Shown here: positions 61,809 through 64,000 of the stretch, in pieces
Layout: each line of letters starts with the position of its first letter
Numbering within the stretch: the stretch's first letter is position 1
Source: Pseudogymnoascus verrucosus
Taxonomy: Eukaryota
NCBI GenBank assembly: GCA_001662655.1
Contig: KV460280.1
Direction: 5' to 3' (one strand)
Length of the DNA stretch: 64,000 nt
The notes under the pieces: model-generated
What the model saw: only the letters and a program-made list of their open reading frames with translations
The model's database searches: none
What the model was told of the DNA's origin: nothing
Program-made: the position numbers and the translations under genes

Positions 61809-63820
61809 ATGGATACAAAAGTCGATGTCTTCATCTGCGGCAGTGGGTCTGCAGGATTGTGTGCCGCAACGTGGCTAGCAAAATGCGGTCTCACTTGCAA
61901 GATCGTAGATTCCCGCGCCGGGCCTATGGAGATCGGCCAAGCAGATGGGGTGCAGTGCCGGACTGTAGAGGTTTTTGATAGTTTTGGCATCGCCGAAGAT
62001 TTGCTGCGTGAATCCTATCATGTCATCGAGGTTGCATTTTGGGCTTCTAGTGAGCATGGTGGTATTGAGAGGAAGTCTCAAGTTGCAGATACTGCCCCAG
62101 GTCTCTCCCGTATGCCACACGTCATCCTAAACCAAGCGAGGGTTAACCAGTTATTACTCGATGCTATGAGAAAGTTTAACGGGCAAAAAGTTGACTATGG
62201 ATATCGGGTCGAGAATGTCAAAGTGGATAGCGCTGCAGTTTCGGACCCAGAAGCCTACTGTGTAACGATAAAGACTATGAGGAATGGCAAGGAGGAGGTT
62301 TTTAAGGCGAAGTATGCGTTGGTGAGTGTTGCCAGTTTAGATGGTCGAACTCGTCTAAGTTTATATAGGGGTGCGATGGAGCGCACAGCTCGGTCCGGAG
62401 GTCACTCGGTTTCAAGATGATAGGAGACAGCACCAACTCAGTCTGGGGGGTTATGGATGTATATCCACGGACTAATTTTCCAGACATCAGAAAGAAATGT
62501 GTACTGCAAACCACCGCAGGAAGCCTATTGATCATCCCCCGTGAAGGAGGTTCATTGGTTCGGTTTTATACTGAATTACCTAGTGGAACTGTCGCGAAAG
62601 ATGTCACTGTCGAACAGTTGCATTATGCGGCTCGTCGCATCTTTCATCCTTACAACCTCGATATCGCAGAAACATTTTGGTGGTCGGCTTACTCCATTGG
62701 ACAGCGGCTTGCCGACCACTTTTCGAAAGATAACCGCGTTTTTCTTACTGGTGATTCGTGCCATACTCATTCGCCAAAGGCCGGTCAAGGAATGAATGTT
62801 AGCCTGCAAGATGGGTATAACATAGGATGGAAGCTAGCGGCAGTTTTGAAAGGACAAGTTGGTTCTAATCTTTTGAAGACATATAACCTAGAGCGAGAGA
62901 AGGTCGCAGCAGATCTCATCAACTTTGACCGGGAGTTTGCCAGGGCGTTTTCATCCAAGGCTGGCACCGATTCGAATGGAGTGTCGGAGAATTTCAGTGA
63001 GTTATTTGTTAAGGCGGGTAAATACACTGCTGGGTTGACCGCTAAGTATGACGATTCCCCCATTACTCGTTCTGAATGGAGCTGTCAACGTCTTGCAACC
63101 AATCTGGTGGTTGGAATGCGTTTCCCAAGTGCTCAAGTTGTGCGTCTGTGCGACTCAAAAGCAATGCACCTTGCAACAGCACTGCCAGCGGATGGTCGGT
63201 GGCGCATTGTTATTTTTGCTGGCGACATCCAAAATGAATATGCCAGCACTCGCCTCAAAAAGGTATATATATCTTTGCTTCTAACTGGGGCTGCGACAAC
63301 TCATAAACTGACTTTGCTCTCTAGCTTAGCGATTTTCTATCGTCAGCAGACGGTCCTGTACAGCAATTCACGCCTGCCTCTCTCGACATAGATAGCTTTA
63401 TTGAACCAATACTTATACTTTCCCGAGGCGAGGCGCGCATAGAGCAAGAGCAAATACCAGCTTATTTTTGGCCAGAATCCGGAAACTGGCAGATTCGGGG
63501 TTTGTATATTCCTGGGTTTTAATGACCAAGCGCTAACAACCTATAAGATTTACACAAGACGTTCATTGACCATGAAAGCTATAATAGTGGACATGGAAAG
63601 GCATATGAATTATATGGGATAGATACAGAGCAAGGAGCAGTTGCGATTGTGAGGCCTGACCAGTGTGAGTGGACTTCTGTGAAGGTTACATTAATGGGAT
63701 TAACGGGATCTAGATATCTCTATGGTTGTTGACATAGATAACCACAAATCTATCAAGAATTTTTTCACTGGGTTCTGTATACCAAGAGCTGATAGAAGAC
63801 TTCTAGAGTCTAATGTATAG
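61809..63820 (+). CDS. Phenol 2-monooxygenase-like FAD-dependent hydroxylase
   Basis: GSGSAG, GQADGVQCRT, spliced GCDGAHS, LTGDSCHTHSPKAGQGMNVSLQD and C-terminal VRPDQ; four introns. Confidence 0.92.
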
Positions 63821-64000
63821 GTTAGCCTAGGGGAGACGTGGAACAAGGGAGGTTATTCAGATACCTACTAGTAAATGGAATGGTCGTGAAAAACATATAT
63901 GTTCCGGCCCAACCACCAACATATACGTAGAATAGTAGAATAGTATATTGAATTGAATTGAATTACCTACTCTACTCTAGCCCGCTTCCGCGTCGGCCTC

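Noticed and set aside
1..64000. tRNA/rRNA genes, intact transposons and telomeric arrays
   Set aside because: None were recognised: no transposase or RT motifs, no cloverleaf seen by eye and no (TTAGGG)n run.

Overview
Fungal (filamentous ascomycete) genomic DNA with GT-AG spliceosomal introns and CTRAC branch points. It has three zones. (1) 0.6-9 kb: a stand-alone A-T-TE NRPS-like gene whose thioesterase lacks the catalytic Ser, an orphan ORF, a ~23-bp minisatellite and a four-unit degenerate array carrying an RRQQE(S/W)TT peptide motif. (2) 9.9-19.3 kb: conserved core genes in G/C-run-rich DNA (ATF/CREB bZIP atf1/atfA, gamma-glutamyltranspeptidase, mitochondrial release factor 1). (3) 20-64 kb: a dense accessory catabolic island. 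Its first block is a candidate alcohol->ketone->lactone->acid->CoA degradation cluster: Zn2Cys6 TF, Dal5-like MFS permease, metallo-beta-lactamase-fold hydrolase, 2 SDRs, 2 divergent BVMOs, HSL esterase, Zn-ADH and a peroxisomal CoA ligase. It is followed by an amidohydrolase, an RTA1 protein, two more Zn2Cys6 TFs (one apparently needing a 2-nt micro-exon), an AKR, a DUF3425 protein, a crotonase, an FAD-oxidase pseudogene, a SnoaL-like protein, a long-chain alcohol oxidase and a phenol hydroxylase-like enzyme. Gene models were built by eye from the ORF track and splice signals; no database search was run.
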